Notes: generated by a model not told the origin, from the sequence alone. A stretch of DNA of 64,000 bases from a virus (IMGVR_UViG_3300048586_000134:25703-89702); one strand, 5' to 3'. Numbered from the stretch's first letter, positions 37,239-46,840 are shown. Numbers and translations: made by a program.

Positions 37239-38558
37239 CTACTTGAGGACACCCAACCGCTCCCTGATCTGATCGAAGCGCTCATAGTACAGATACCGTC
37301 CATTCTCCACGTAGGTGACGAAGCGTGGATTGTCCTGACGACCAGCCTTTGACCACTTGCTCTTGTCGCCAACAGGACGCTTTGCCACGTCGCGGTGCAC
37401 ACCGTCAACCACGACATGTGACACCTTGTAGGCGAAACGCAATGTATCACGATTGACCTTCTGAAGCAAGCCGCCTCCCGAACCAACGGCCAGATTCTCA
37501 GGAGCGAAGCCATGATCAACCACGGTTCGGAACAATTCAGGAATGGTGTAGAGGTCCATGCCGTCTCCTTGAATCAATCCGATGTGTGGATCGAGAACCC
37601 GAAGTCCCTTGCTGTTGACCGTGCCTCCATAGGCATCCCATAGAATGTCCAGTGAACGCAACACCACATCCTCGGGATCACCGCTGTCGGGACGGATCAC
37701 GACCTTCCCATCGCGACTGAGTACGATGTCTTTCAGCGCATCACACCATTCGTCCATAAGTGTGTCCCAATAGTTATAGGTGTCGCTAACACAGGCAATA
37801 ACGCCAGTGGGATAGGTGTTGAGAATCTGATCGAATGCGTCACCTTCGTAGTCATGCGCCAAAACAACTGAATGCTCCAAGGCAGGAATCGAGAATCCCG
37901 TAACTCCGCCAGCATACCAGCTACGAGCGAAGTCCACACCAGCCAGCGTATCCGATCCTCGGAAGGACAACAGGTGAGCCGCTCCGCCCAATTCAGCTTG
38001 CTCTTCAGTGGCACAACCTCGGTATCCGAAATCGTGTACCGCAAAGTCCAGTGCGGATGGGTTGTCGGAATAGGTATCGAACAATGACTGAAGCTGTTGT
38101 CGAATTGCGTACGACTGCGAAGCAATCGTGATCGGATACCAGAGTTTCATCATCACCGTTTCTACCCATCCTGGCAGGAAGGCGAAGCGTGGATCGGTGT
38201 TCTCAATGGTCATGAGTGGTTCACCGATCTTTGCAACAGTACCTTCGGGGAGCGCACACACACGAAGCGGCAGGAAGCCGTGGAAGTCATCAACGATTGT
38301 GTACCAAGGAGCGGGATCGAAGACCTCGCGTCCGAAGTGCTGCGCGTAGAACTCGACCGCTTCATCGACTTCGTGACGCTTGATCTGCATGCCGCTCAGG
38401 AAGCGGAGTGCGTAGTATTGCAGACCGAAGAAGACGATTTCCTTGAAGGCGGCTCCTTGTCGCGCCTCCATGTAGCTGTGCGCATATTCCAGCTTCTCGG
38501 GATATAGTGCTGGATGACTGACCTTGTATGAATCTGTTCGCAACAGTGCATTGAGCAT
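37239..38558 (-). CDS. nadV: nicotinamide phosphoribosyltransferase (NAMPT/NadV)
   Basis: 439 aa. NAMPT-like N-terminus MLNALLRTDSYKVSHPALYPEK.. with conserved blocks throughout. Confidence 0.8.
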   Translation of the reverse strand: MLNALLRTDSYKVSHPALYPEKLEYAHSYMEARQGAAFKEIVFFGLQYYALRFLSGMQIKRHEVDEAVEFYAQHFGREVFDPAPWYTIVDDFHGFLPLRVCALPEGTVAKIGEPLMTIENTDPRFAFLPGWVETVMMKLWYPITIASQSYAIRQQLQSLFDTYSDNPSALDFAVHDFGYRGCATEEQAELGGAAHLLSFRGSDTLAGVDFARSWYAGGVTGFSIPALEHSVVLAHDYEGDAFDQILNTYPTGVIACVSDTYNYWDTLMDEWCDALKDIVLSRDGKVVIRPDSGDPEDVVLRSLDILWDAYGGTVNSKGLRVLDPHIGLIQGDGMDLYTIPELFRTVVDHGFAPENLAVGSGGGLLQKVNRDTLRFAYKVSHVVVDGVHRDVAKRPVGDKSKWSKAGRQDNPRFVTYVENGRYLYYERFDQIRERLGVLK

Positions 38559-38776
38559 TAGCTCTTCACCCCCTTCACGAAGTCAAACCCGAACTGCATC
38601 ACGCGATCAACGTCATCATCGTGGTAGATGTCGTCGGTGTTGATCATGACACCATCCTCGAAGACACGGCTTGAGTAGCCTTCGTGTCCGTCCTTGAAGC
38701 GCGTCACTCGCGCCTCGATCAGAAACTCGCGCCCATCCTTGCGCACGACCTTCATCTGCTCCGTCATCAACTGCAT
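38558..38776 (-). CDS. hypothetical protein
   Basis: 72-aa ORF. Confidence 0.4.
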   Translation of the reverse strand: MQLMTEQMKVVRKDGREFLIEARVTRFKDGHEGYSSRVFEDGVMINTDDIYHDDDVDRVMQFGFDFVKGVKS

Positions 38777-38777
38777 T

Positions 38778-39707
38778 CTATTCTCCTCTCGAATAGCGAC
38801 CTAGATCGCTGACCAGTTCAGGGAGACTCATATCCCTGACCGTGTACCCCTTGCTACCATACATCGACTTTCGCGGATTGTCAAGGGTTGCGTTTTGCTT
38901 GCCGAACTTGACGGCTTTCTCCAATTGTTCCAGACGATCTATGTCCGCGTCAAGCTCCTTGATTGACGTGTAGTTGCGAGAGTCACTCATTTTTCGTTCC
39001 AGTGATTTGATCTGAGAATACTTCGATGCGGTTTCTCCCCATCCAAGCGCCTTGCGTTCGTACTCTCCTATCGCTCGGGCAATAAGGTCAATTCTGCCCA
39101 TGAGTTCAGCACCACTCGGACTGAGTTTCTCATGAACGGTCAACTCGTCATGAAGTTTGATCAAGTCCTGTCGCAATTGCTTGAGGTGGTCGATCTTGTC
39201 GTCAGTGTCTTTCATTTTCATGACAGACTTGATACGAGCGTCAATGCTGTCAAACGCAATGTCGGCGTTCAGCGAGAGTTTCTTTGGTGTCGCAACTGTC
39301 ACTGTTGGCTTGATTGGATCAAGTACCGTACCGTTCTTGATCTTCTCGGCCAGTTTATATACTGCCTCATCCGTCGTACAGGCGTCAAGGTGATGACTGA
39401 AGACACGTTTGAGGTTACCGTCCTTGTCAATGAAATCGTACATGTTCTGGTAGCTGCCAGTCTCAAGCGCGAATTGCCGCTCCCAACGAATCATCATGGC
39501 AATGCTCAACGTCAGCGGATCGTCGGGAACTGAAATTGCTTTTGGCGTTGTCTTGGTGCTTACGAACTTCTTCGGTTCTGAAGTCTCGTCAACAGCGTGT
39601 GTGAACAGGAAGAATGCAGGTGCGACGAGCAGAATACCCAAGAACGGCATTCCGATCATGTACATCGCCACCATCATCGTCGCAGCGAAGAAGAGGTTAC
39701 CGATCAC
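38778..39707 (-). CDS. membrane-anchored coiled-coil protein
   Basis: N-terminal TM pair followed by a long coiled-coil region. Confidence 0.45.
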   Translation of the reverse strand: MIGNLFFAATMMVAMYMIGMPFLGILLVAPAFFLFTHAVDETSEPKKFVSTKTTPKAISVPDDPLTLSIAMMIRWERQFALETGSYQNMYDFIDKDGNLKRVFSHHLDACTTDEAVYKLAEKIKNGTVLDPIKPTVTVATPKKLSLNADIAFDSIDARIKSVMKMKDTDDKIDHLKQLRQDLIKLHDELTVHEKLSPSGAELMGRIDLIARAIGEYERKALGWGETASKYSQIKSLERKMSDSRNYTSIKELDADIDRLEQLEKAVKFGKQNATLDNPRKSMYGSKGYTVRDMSLPELVSDLGRYSRGE

Positions 39708-40032
39708 TGTACCAGCCTCCTTGCGGTTCTAGCTCCCGCACTGGCTCGGGAAGCCGCTTCTTGGTGAGCCGAATGCTTCTCGGCGTCCACTCTACAAATG
39801 TGAGATAGCCCTCACGTTCCAGCATTCTAACATGGTCTACGCCAGATTTCAAGGACGCATATCCTCGACCTTTCTGAATCTCTCGATAGGATGGTGACTT
39901 GCCATGATAGGCGATGTATTGTGCGATCCATTTGTAGGTCTCACGGACTGGATCGCTGAGTCCGTCAGCACCGATGGGATGCCAGCCGCGCTTTTTCACA
40001 GGATCAGCTTCCCATCGGTCAGGGCAGACCAC
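39697..40032 (-). CDS. LexA-like winged-helix DNA-binding protein (no peptidase domain)
   Basis: ..VRETYKWIAQYIAYHGKSPSYREIQKGRGYASLKSGVDHVRMLEREGYLTFVEW.. resembles the LexA N-terminal DNA-binding domain. Confidence 0.55.
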   Translation of the reverse strand: MVCPDRWEADPVKKRGWHPIGADGLSDPVRETYKWIAQYIAYHGKSPSYREIQKGRGYASLKSGVDHVRMLEREGYLTFVEWTPRSIRLTKKRLPEPVRELEPQGGWYSDR

Positions 40033-40391
40033 GCCACATCATAGTCAAGCCCACGCATCCGACCTTGCTCGTCACGGTACTCGAAGTACCCATTCGGAGG
40101 AAGCTCGACGGTCTGCGGCTTGCCGAAGTGCGCCACGAAGGTGCATTCCTCTCCATCATACCAGAAGCGTTCTCCGTAGTACAGGTTGAGAATCTTGATG
40201 AAGTCCGTCGCTTCCCGCATCGGCATCACATCTTCAATGACATTGAGCGCGGCCAGATGCAGGAGAAAGCTCTGCATCGAAACGAAGGCAGGGATGCGGA
40301 AACGGTGTCCCAACACCTGTAACTTCTTTTCAAGGTTCTCGTCGTCATCGACGGTTTTCAGGAGCGTAATCAGACGATCAAGTTCAGTCAT
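39996..40391 (-). CDS. hypothetical protein
   Basis: 131-aa ORF. Confidence 0.4.
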   Translation of the reverse strand: MTELDRLITLLKTVDDDENLEKKLQVLGHRFRIPAFVSMQSFLLHLAALNVIEDVMPMREATDFIKILNLYYGERFWYDGEECTFVAHFGKPQTVELPPNGYFEYRDEQGRMRGLDYDVAWSALTDGKLIL

Positions 40392-40743
40392 GGATGCTCA
40401 CCAACCTCCCATCGAATCCTCGGAAGACAGACAGTTCATGCGAAATGGTATATGCCTCCGCCTCCCAAAGCTGCTCAAAGTAGCGCACAACCTGAAGCGA
40501 GACGTGGTTTTCGTAGTGGCGAGACTGTATATAAACTAGATTGGCGTCAAGACGGCCAAGCCAGTTCTCTCCTCGTTCGCGGTCAGCTTTCGTGAGCGGC
40601 AGTCCGAGAACGATTCCAAACTCGGGAACGGCGACATAGTATCCGCGCTGCGGGGAATGCGTGATCCCCCGCATGCGGTCAATTGTACATTGGCTTTCGA
40701 TCAGCACGTCAAGCTGATCACCACGGTCACTGATTTCCAGCAC
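40384..40743 (-). CDS. hypothetical protein
   Basis: 119-aa ORF. Confidence 0.4.
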   Translation of the reverse strand: MLEISDRGDQLDVLIESQCTIDRMRGITHSPQRGYYVAVPEFGIVLGLPLTKADRERGENWLGRLDANLVYIQSRHYENHVSLQVVRYFEQLWEAEAYTISHELSVFRGFDGRLVSIHD

Positions 40744-41008
40744 GTTTTGCCTCCTTGAGCATGGTGATGCCCTGCTCGAATCGAACGATTTGCTTCTTGC
40801 ACTGCGCGATTGCCTGCTCTCGGGTCAGAGACGGCATCTCGTGCCCTTTGATCACGACAGGCTCAGGTTCCAGACCAGCCTCGTATTTTGCCAGCCAGAA
40901 TTGAGCGGTCTCGATATTCCACTCAAGCTGAGCGATGTCGCGATCAATCGGGTTACGGATGGTTCTCACCAGCGGCTTCTGCGAGCGCCCTTTCTTGCCT
41001 TTGGACAA
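40727..41008 (-). CDS. hypothetical basic protein
   Basis: 93-aa ORF. Confidence 0.4.
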   Translation of the reverse strand: MSKGKKGRSQKPLVRTIRNPIDRDIAQLEWNIETAQFWLAKYEAGLEPEPVVIKGHEMPSLTREQAIAQCKKQIVRFEQGITMLKEAKRAGNQ

Positions 41009-41381
41009 TAGCTTTCCCCATATGCTTGCAGAACGTGTGCCGTACCTGATGATCCATGCACGTACAGGTTACAGGAACGGCCTTCTCGAACTCTACAATG
41101 TAGCGCACATTCTCGTGCGTCTCGGACTTGACGATTTCCACGTCGCGCTTTGGCTTCTCAGGACTGACTTGCTCGAATCCCAACCGCTCGGCAAATGCCT
41201 GCGCATGCTGAAGCTCCTCAAAGATCAGCGAGACCGTATCCTCGGGCGAATCCGCCTGCCTGATTGCAGCGAAGAGCGAGCGCTTCAGCCCATCCTCCTC
41301 CGCGCTCAGGTACGACCGCGCAAGCTCGTCTCCTGTCAACTCAACATGGTAGAAGGTCTTCTTCTGTTCGACAATTTTCAC
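40953..41381 (-). CDS. hypothetical protein
   Basis: 142-aa ORF. Confidence 0.4.
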   Translation of the reverse strand: MKIVEQKKTFYHVELTGDELARSYLSAEEDGLKRSLFAAIRQADSPEDTVSLIFEELQHAQAFAERLGFEQVSPEKPKRDVEIVKSETHENVRYIVEFEKAVPVTCTCMDHQVRHTFCKHMGKAIVQRQERALAEAAGENHP

Positions 41382-42079
41382 TTGTAGTCCTCCTTTGCCT
41401 TGTACACCATCTTGATGTACGATGCTCGCTTCCAGTTATCAGTGAACTCCTCACTGTCTGGTGCCAGTGTAATCGCTTTGAGCGTCGTTGTCAAGTGCTC
41501 AACCACATCTACGAAGTCAGCGGAGTACATGTGTCGAAAGTCATGCAGCAGTGAGTAGGTGTTACCGAGACCAGCGACATAATGTGAGTACCCCGCATCA
41601 GGGTTGATCGTGAAGTGACCGATCAGGAGTGACTTGATCGCATGACAAGCTGTCTTGCCATTTGATTCCTCCTGCGCCTTCTGCGTGAAGTACTCTGCCT
41701 GACGAATGCAGGCATCCCTCAGCATGTTCGGACGCTGGTAGGTGAAGGCATGTTCGCGCAAGAAGCGAAAGCCCCAATCACCCACCGAACGATCAATCCC
41801 TGTGAATGGAAAGATACGGTGTGCAGCAACAACCTCCCAGCTATTGATGTCCGAATGCCAGAGCTTGCTGACGAAGGTAGAGAACTCGAAGAGCGTTTTC
41901 TCGATCTTTCGTGTCCCATAACCGACTTCGGTACTTCTGCGCATCGTGTCCTTCTGGTAGTTGATAGGATCAAGACGCTGTTCCAGTGTCACCGTGTACA
42001 GACCACGAATGTCGTAATCCGAGTCATGCGTCTCGTAGCCCCATAGGGCGCTCCCGACTGGCTTTTCAATCTCAAGCAT
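41378..42079 (-). CDS. Pol-beta-superfamily nucleotidyltransferase (RlaP-like predicted NTase)
   Basis: hG[GS]x9-13Dh[DE]h-type motif (VGSALWGYETHDSDYDIRGLY) near the N-terminus. Start set at MLEIEKP. Confidence 0.5.
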   Translation of the reverse strand: MLEIEKPVGSALWGYETHDSDYDIRGLYTVTLEQRLDPINYQKDTMRRSTEVGYGTRKIEKTLFEFSTFVSKLWHSDINSWEVVAAHRIFPFTGIDRSVGDWGFRFLREHAFTYQRPNMLRDACIRQAEYFTQKAQEESNGKTACHAIKSLLIGHFTINPDAGYSHYVAGLGNTYSLLHDFRHMYSADFVDVVEHLTTTLKAITLAPDSEEFTDNWKRASYIKMVYKAKEDYK

Positions 42080-42318
42080 TACGCACCTCCAAAGGCTGCG
42101 ATTTCCCACTCACGCGTCATCTTCTTGATCGCCTTGTCCTTCTCAGGATTGAAGGACACATACATAGTGGCAAAGGATTTGTATTCCTGCTTTGCTGCCT
42201 GCTTGCGCGTCGTAGTAAAGTCATTGTCCAGCATCCAGAGCCATTGCTCGAAGAGCCTGCGATACTCCTCCACGAACTCAGTGTACGACATTTGTTCAAT
42301 CTTGTCAATGAGCAACAT
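42079..42318 (-). CDS. hypothetical protein
   Basis: Start moved to MLLIDK to avoid overlap. Confidence 0.35.
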   Translation of the reverse strand: MLLIDKIEQMSYTEFVEEYRRLFEQWLWMLDNDFTTTRKQAAKQEYKSFATMYVSFNPEKDKAIKKMTREWEIAAFGGA

Positions 42319-42328
42319 CGATCCCTCC

Positions 42329-42829
42329 CTAGACCTCAGACCGATACACTTGTTCATTTTCACCGTTGTCGTTTACCTGATAGGCGGCATACGCTTTTGC
42401 GTCGTAGTGGCCCATTGAACGAGCGTTCTCGGCCAACGTGTCAACCGTGTCTTCCATTTCCTGCCAGTCTGTCGCGGTGGTAACGAAAATATCATCATCG
42501 TAGTCGTCCACCTTGCAGATAATGTAGCAAGGTTTCTCGACTTCTTCAATGATTGGTTTTGGTTCAGGCACCTTGTACATTTGCAGCTTGCTTGCCATGT
42601 CGTTGATTGATTGTGCAAGCGCTCGCATGTCACGAATCAATGAAACACGATCAGGTGCCAGCAGAGTATACACCAGATTGCCGCGATCTTCAAGGGTAAA
42701 GTGATGATCGTCTACCGATGTCGCGGCAATGATGGTATCGTTCTTGTCAATGGGCTGTGCGGTAAAGATCACGCCGCGCACGTCTGTCTGTTGAATTGGC
42801 ATGCTTTCCTCCCTAGACGCAGATTGCAT
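42329..42829 (-). CDS. hypothetical protein
   Basis: 166-aa ORF. Confidence 0.45.
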   Translation of the reverse strand: MQSASREESMPIQQTDVRGVIFTAQPIDKNDTIIAATSVDDHHFTLEDRGNLVYTLLAPDRVSLIRDMRALAQSINDMASKLQMYKVPEPKPIIEEVEKPCYIICKVDDYDDDIFVTTATDWQEMEDTVDTLAENARSMGHYDAKAYAAYQVNDNGENEQVYRSEV

Positions 42830-43028
42830 CTAGCTTGCGCGATTCCTTGCGGATGTTGCGCTCGATCTTGCAGATTTCGTTCTTGACACGCTCGTAATCC
42901 CACGAACCTTCCTCGAAATGTTGGAGCGATCCGTAAAGCTGTGTGACCTTCTGCTCCATCTTGCCAATCTCGTGCTCGATCCGATCAATCGCGTGATCGT
43001 TCATTGGCCGCTTGCGACCGTTCATGTT
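42813..43028 (-). CDS. hypothetical coiled-coil protein (start MNGRKRP..)
   Basis: RBS GGAAAGGACGAAAC precedes the ATG. Promoter at ~43080-43109. Confidence 0.45.
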   Translation of the reverse strand, partial: NMNGRKRPMNDHAIDRIEHEIGKMEQKVTQLYGSLQHFEEGSWDYERVKNEICKIERNIRKESRKLDAICV

Positions 43029-43079
43029 TCGTCCTTTCCGTCGTGCTTGGGTTAGTCCCACTGACTAACCGATGGTCCC

Positions 43080-43109
43080 ATACTACCATATGCGCTAACT
43101 ACCTGTCAA
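43080..43109 (-). promoter_or_regulatory. sigma70-like promoter TTGACA-18-TAGTAT followed by leader hairpin
   Basis: Read on the - strand. The downstream leader contains GGTTAGTC..GACTAACC. Confidence 0.5.
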
Positions 43110-43130
43110 GCGACATAATCAGTCCATGCG

Positions 43131-43541
43131 CTAACGCCGTCTTACGGCCTCGTCGCGAATCTCAGTCAGTTGCTTGGCGGCGTCCAGCAGCACGGACCAG
43201 TCAGGATCGTCATCGTTTGCTACGTAAGTAAGCGATTCAATCACCTCTTTCAACTTGTTTGTCTGTCGTGCTTTTTCGCGCCGAACTCCTTCCTCACGAG
43301 CAACGAACATTACCCGCGAAAGTTTGGCGAAAAACTCCTCAGCCTCGTCAAGAGTCAGATTGACAATCGCGCCTTTCTCGAAAGCAGCAGTCGGACGCAC
43401 GATCACGTACACTCCTGGTACACTATTCACGGATGAAAATCCAACACCCGCTTCCTTTGCGTCATCGAGTGGTCGCTGTGTTCCGCGAACCGTCATAACT
43501 CGACCAGTCAGAATCTCTTTGTCGCTCATCGATACAGTCAT
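43131..43541 (-). CDS. hypothetical protein (start MTVSMSDKEIL..)
   Basis: RBS AAGGAG precedes the internal Met. The upstream part of the track ORF overlaps the neighbouring gene. Confidence 0.4.
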   Translation of the reverse strand: MTVSMSDKEILTGRVMTVRGTQRPLDDAKEAGVGFSSVNSVPGVYVIVRPTAAFEKGAIVNLTLDEAEEFFAKLSRVMFVAREEGVRREKARQTNKLKEVIESLTYVANDDDPDWSVLLDAAKQLTEIRDEAVRRR

Positions 43542-43551
43542 GTTTTCTCCT

Positions 43552-43977
43552 TTATCCGTAGACGATTTCACCGAAGATCGCCATTTGCACGATGCCGTCT
43601 GCATCGATAGCGTCGTAGTTATCATAGACGCCCTGCGGTGTCTTGTCAACATGCTCGCACCACAACCTGAAACCAGTAAGCCACTTATCTAAAGTAAGCT
43701 CGTATGGTACGTAGGTTTCAGGATCGTTGGTTTCAAGGTCGTCCACGTAGAGAACGATCACCTTTCCGTAGCTCAGGTTGTCTGCGAGATAGCGCGTGCC
43801 CTCCTGACGCTCGCCCTTGATGTCCCAATCGTCACACCAGTAGCTAATGCCGTGGTCAAGCGCGTCTCCGAACATGTGCTCAACCCACACACGCGGAATC
43901 TTGGTGGGAATCACGACCTCGCCCACAATGTCATTCAAATCAGGACGGTTGATGTACTCGAAAAATCCGTCGCTCAT
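43552..43977 (-). CDS. hypothetical protein
   Basis: 141-aa ORF. Confidence 0.45.
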   Translation of the reverse strand: MSDGFFEYINRPDLNDIVGEVVIPTKIPRVWVEHMFGDALDHGISYWCDDWDIKGERQEGTRYLADNLSYGKVIVLYVDDLETNDPETYVPYELTLDKWLTGFRLWCEHVDKTPQGVYDNYDAIDADGIVQMAIFGEIVYG

Positions 43978-44256
43978 CTAGTCCTCCCACGGTTCTGAAT
44001 CGACCACCCGCGCATCGTCGGTCTTGGTCATGCTATCTCCAATGTACAGTTCATCGGACTTGAAGTAGCTACCTTGGAAACGGCGAACGTATTCACCCAT
44101 CCAGTATCGCTCGACACGCTCGATAAAGTCCTCCCGCGACGTGACCTGATGCAGTAGCAGCGTTGTTGGCACTTCTACAGTATACGCGGTCTTGCCGTCG
44201 AAGTCAAGCCCCTCGATGCTGTCTGCCAGCGCCTCGGCCCGTTGTCGAATGCCCAT
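43978..44256 (-). CDS. hypothetical protein
   Basis: 92-aa ORF. Confidence 0.4.
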   Translation of the reverse strand: MGIRQRAEALADSIEGLDFDGKTAYTVEVPTTLLLHQVTSREDFIERVERYWMGEYVRRFQGSYFKSDELYIGDSMTKTDDARVVDSEPWED

Positions 44257-44259
44257 ACG

Positions 44260-44406
44260 TTCCTCCTAACTGAAGACGAGTGCCGCCACGATAACGCACA
44301 CTCCTACCAATGCGATGCGTGTACTCAGCGTGTTCACGCCGCTGTCAGGACGCCACGTCCCGACAAGCAGAATCGTTGACACAAGAATCGTACCATAGAA
44401 CCATCC
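44260..44406 (-). CDS. small membrane protein (48 aa, below track cutoff)
   Basis: Hand-translated as MGWFYGTILVSTILLVGTWRPDSGVNTLSTRIALVGVCVIVAALVFS. Confidence 0.3.
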
Positions 44407-44431
44407 CATTGTCAACTCCTACCGCAAGATG

Positions 44432-45043
44432 TCATGCGGCCTCCCGTTTCGCGTAGTAGTCCGCACTCGCCTCGGCCTCACTCTTGCAGTACTTGATATC
44501 ACCGATGAACCCCCAGCAAGAATCAAGGTTTTTCCCCTCGACCATTTCGCCGTCCTCATCGTACTCAACCTCGCTGATCGTGTAGCCGTAAACCTCTCCC
44601 TGAAGGTAGCTGCTGTACTCCTCAACAGACGCGTCAAGGTATTCTTCCAGCTTGATCCTTCGCGCCTTGGTCAGATTCTTCCATTCAGGATGCTCAGCCT
44701 GCCACTCTTCTCGCGTGATGTAGGCGATACCGCAGAAGCCGCTATCCCACTCGGCATGCTGTGCACGGCCTCGGAAGCTGCGCGTACTCATGGCCTGAAC
44801 GCTGTGGTCGTAGAAGTAGAGCGGAAGTACGACATTCTGCTTGCACTTCAGAATCTCCTGAATGCCTTCTGGATCAATCTCCTCGTCACCGAGAGTGTAG
44901 CGCCGATGCGGGTAGACGGCCAGCGTACCGAACCGATCCTGATATTCGCGATCACGCGGGTTGAGCGGATCGTTGTCGTAGAAGATCGTGATAAGGAACC
45001 CGTTGTGCTCGTACTCCTCGGCAATGTTTTCACGGTAGCTCAT
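44432..45043 (-). CDS. hypothetical protein
   Basis: 203-aa ORF. Confidence 0.45.
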   Translation of the reverse strand: MSYRENIAEEYEHNGFLITIFYDNDPLNPRDREYQDRFGTLAVYPHRRYTLGDEEIDPEGIQEILKCKQNVVLPLYFYDHSVQAMSTRSFRGRAQHAEWDSGFCGIAYITREEWQAEHPEWKNLTKARRIKLEEYLDASVEEYSSYLQGEVYGYTISEVEYDEDGEMVEGKNLDSCWGFIGDIKYCKSEAEASADYYAKREAA

Positions 45044-45050
45044 GGGTGCG

Positions 45051-45317
45051 TTACTCCTTTTCTGAAAAATATCGCTTCAGGTCTGCGGTGAGGGAATTGA
45101 GAACGTTCGCAATCTCCTCCTCTGTCTTTTCTACAGCATACTCGACGGCTTGCTCGCTGTCAAGTCCTGTTTCCTGCAAGAGTCGAACGTTGTGTTTCGT
45201 CATGGTCGAAATGAGTGATTTCCAGCGTGCCGTCGTTTCGTTGTCTCGCAGCACTGTATAGAGCGTAACATCACTCGGCGGCATTGTCAACCTTCTTGAT
45301 GATGCGCTGCTCGACAT
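45051..45317 (-). CDS. hypothetical protein
   Basis: 88-aa ORF. Confidence 0.4.
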   Translation of the reverse strand: MSSSASSRRLTMPPSDVTLYTVLRDNETTARWKSLISTMTKHNVRLLQETGLDSEQAVEYAVEKTEEEIANVLNSLTADLKRYFSEKE

Positions 45318-45522
45318 CGTAATTGTACAACGCTCGCACCGCTTCCTTCAAGTCCTCGTAGTCACCGATGCGAATGCAGTTTTCGTGCTCGTTCAGGAAG
45401 TAGTAGGCGCTGTGGCGAAACCCACATGGGTTACTGACTGCCCCGATTCGCCGCCTGTGAGCGCCTTCCAGAATAATTTCCATGCTGTGTTGCTCCTCAG
45501 TACGTGAGAACGATTCCATCAT
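45271..45522 (-). CDS. hypothetical protein
   Basis: 83-aa ORF; start may be an internal Met. Confidence 0.35.
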   Translation of the reverse strand: MMESFSRTEEQHSMEIILEGAHRRRIGAVSNPCGFRHSAYYFLNEHENCIRIGDYEDLKEAVRALYNYDVEQRIIKKVDNAAE

Positions 45523-45883
45523 CCACCCCCGCGATGACCAGTTGCTTCATCGAGTCGTTGCAGTAGACGCGATGGTAGTCACGAACGCACTCTTCACGCT
45601 CCTTGAGCGAGTAGAGCGCCCTCGTCCAGTAGTGTCCTTCCGAGAAGTCGAACAACGTTGCCACAAACTCTGGTGCCGCTCCGTTGTGTCCCTCGATGCT
45701 GTCAGTATACGCATCTTCCAGCCACGAGTCAATCAATTCCTCGCCGCGCATCTTCGCCTCCGCTTTACTCTCGAATCCTGCCGCTGAATGGGTAATCTCG
45801 ACGCCACCCCACGGACGAATCATGTAGGCATACGTCTTGGTATGCACATCGAAACGCGTGATAATCTGATACCCGCTGCTCAT
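45497..45883 (-). CDS. hypothetical protein
   Basis: 128-aa ORF. Confidence 0.45.
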   Translation of the reverse strand: MSSGYQIITRFDVHTKTYAYMIRPWGGVEITHSAAGFESKAEAKMRGEELIDSWLEDAYTDSIEGHNGAAPEFVATLFDFSEGHYWTRALYSLKEREECVRDYHRVYCNDSMKQLVIAGVDDGIVLTY

Positions 45884-46102
45884 TGTTATCCTTTCCTCCT
45901 GTTGGCTTATCCTCGTTGGTGCGTTGGATTGCTAGGCCCAACGCACGGACGAAGATACGTCCATTGCCTGTTTTCAGGCTAACGCATGGTAGCTCCCTTT
46001 CACGTCAATCGAACATTCCACCCACACGAACGGTATTCATTGTTCTCTCAGTCCAGCAGTGGTCGCTGACTCGGGCGGAGAACGCGCTCCCATGTTCCCT
46101 CC

Positions 46103-46303
46103 TTACTCGTCTCCGATAACCTCGTAGTCCTCCGTGAAGAGCACTTGATCGGCATGTGACCAGATGACGAACTCGACAATCTCCTCATTATTATATGGGC
46201 CGATGTCGCTTTCGTCAAGCGCCTCCTGCACAAGCTGAATCGCTTTCAGCGGGTCAGGCTCGGTCACGAGAAATTGTACCGTTACCTTGCGTCCGACTGG
46301 CAT
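46103..46303 (-). CDS. hypothetical protein
   Basis: 66-aa ORF. Confidence 0.35.
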   Translation of the reverse strand: MPVGRKVTVQFLVTEPDPLKAIQLVQEALDESDIGPYNNEEIVEFVIWSHADQVLFTEDYEVIGDE

Positions 46304-46312
46304 ATACCCCTC

Positions 46313-46600
46313 CTACAGTCCTTCGTGCCATTCCATGTCATTCCAACCGCGAACCTCTCCGCGATTGCCAGATGCTATCACATAATCCAGCAGACTGACA
46401 ACCTCATCGACATCGCGCTCCTCGTACACGCCCTCCTTGACAAGCTCGCGCAAGTCCTGAACCTCGCGAGTCAACTCCTGCACCGTCGCGTCACTAATTG
46501 CGCCAGTGCTTGCGAGAACGTAGACGGCACTCCCGCCGCCGCCGTGCCAGATTGCTGCTAGCTCTCTGGCATCCTCATCATACAGTACCTTGCTGCCCAT
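46313..46600 (-). CDS. hypothetical protein
   Basis: 95-aa ORF. Confidence 0.4.
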   Translation of the reverse strand: MGSKVLYDEDARELAAIWHGGGGSAVYVLASTGAISDATVQELTREVQDLRELVKEGVYEERDVDEVVSLLDYVIASGNRGEVRGWNDMEWHEGL

Positions 46601-46609
46601 GTCAACCTC

Positions 46610-46840
46610 CTAGAGTCCGATTGCCAGATTGATCGCTCGGACCATCGCAAACCAGACCAACTCGACCTCATGCATCGAAACTCCACGCATGTCGCGAATC
46701 TTCTTCTTTTCGTCCGCGACCGAAAGATCGATATTGATGACGTTCAGGTAGTCACCGCGCTTGCAGTAACGTTGGCGAACGCTCGCAAGTCTCGCAAGCT
46801 CGTCATACTTTCCTGACGCGCCGTATCCATCAACGATCAT
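46610..46840 (-). CDS. hypothetical protein
   Basis: 76-aa ORF. Confidence 0.4.
   Translation of the reverse strand: MIVDGYGASGKYDELARLASVRQRYCKRGDYLNVINIDLSVADEKKKIRDMRGVSMHEVELVWFAMVRAINLAIGL

Noticed and set aside
37007-37519. Track ORF 37007..37519 (-), 170 aa, overlapping the 3' end of NAMPT
   Set aside because: It contains a consensus promoter (TTGACA-17-TATATT at 37151-37179), a leader hairpin and the RBS/ATG of the next gene (36792..37073). It is low-complexity (Ser/Thr/Arg-rich) and overlaps nadV in another frame, so it is treated as non-coding.
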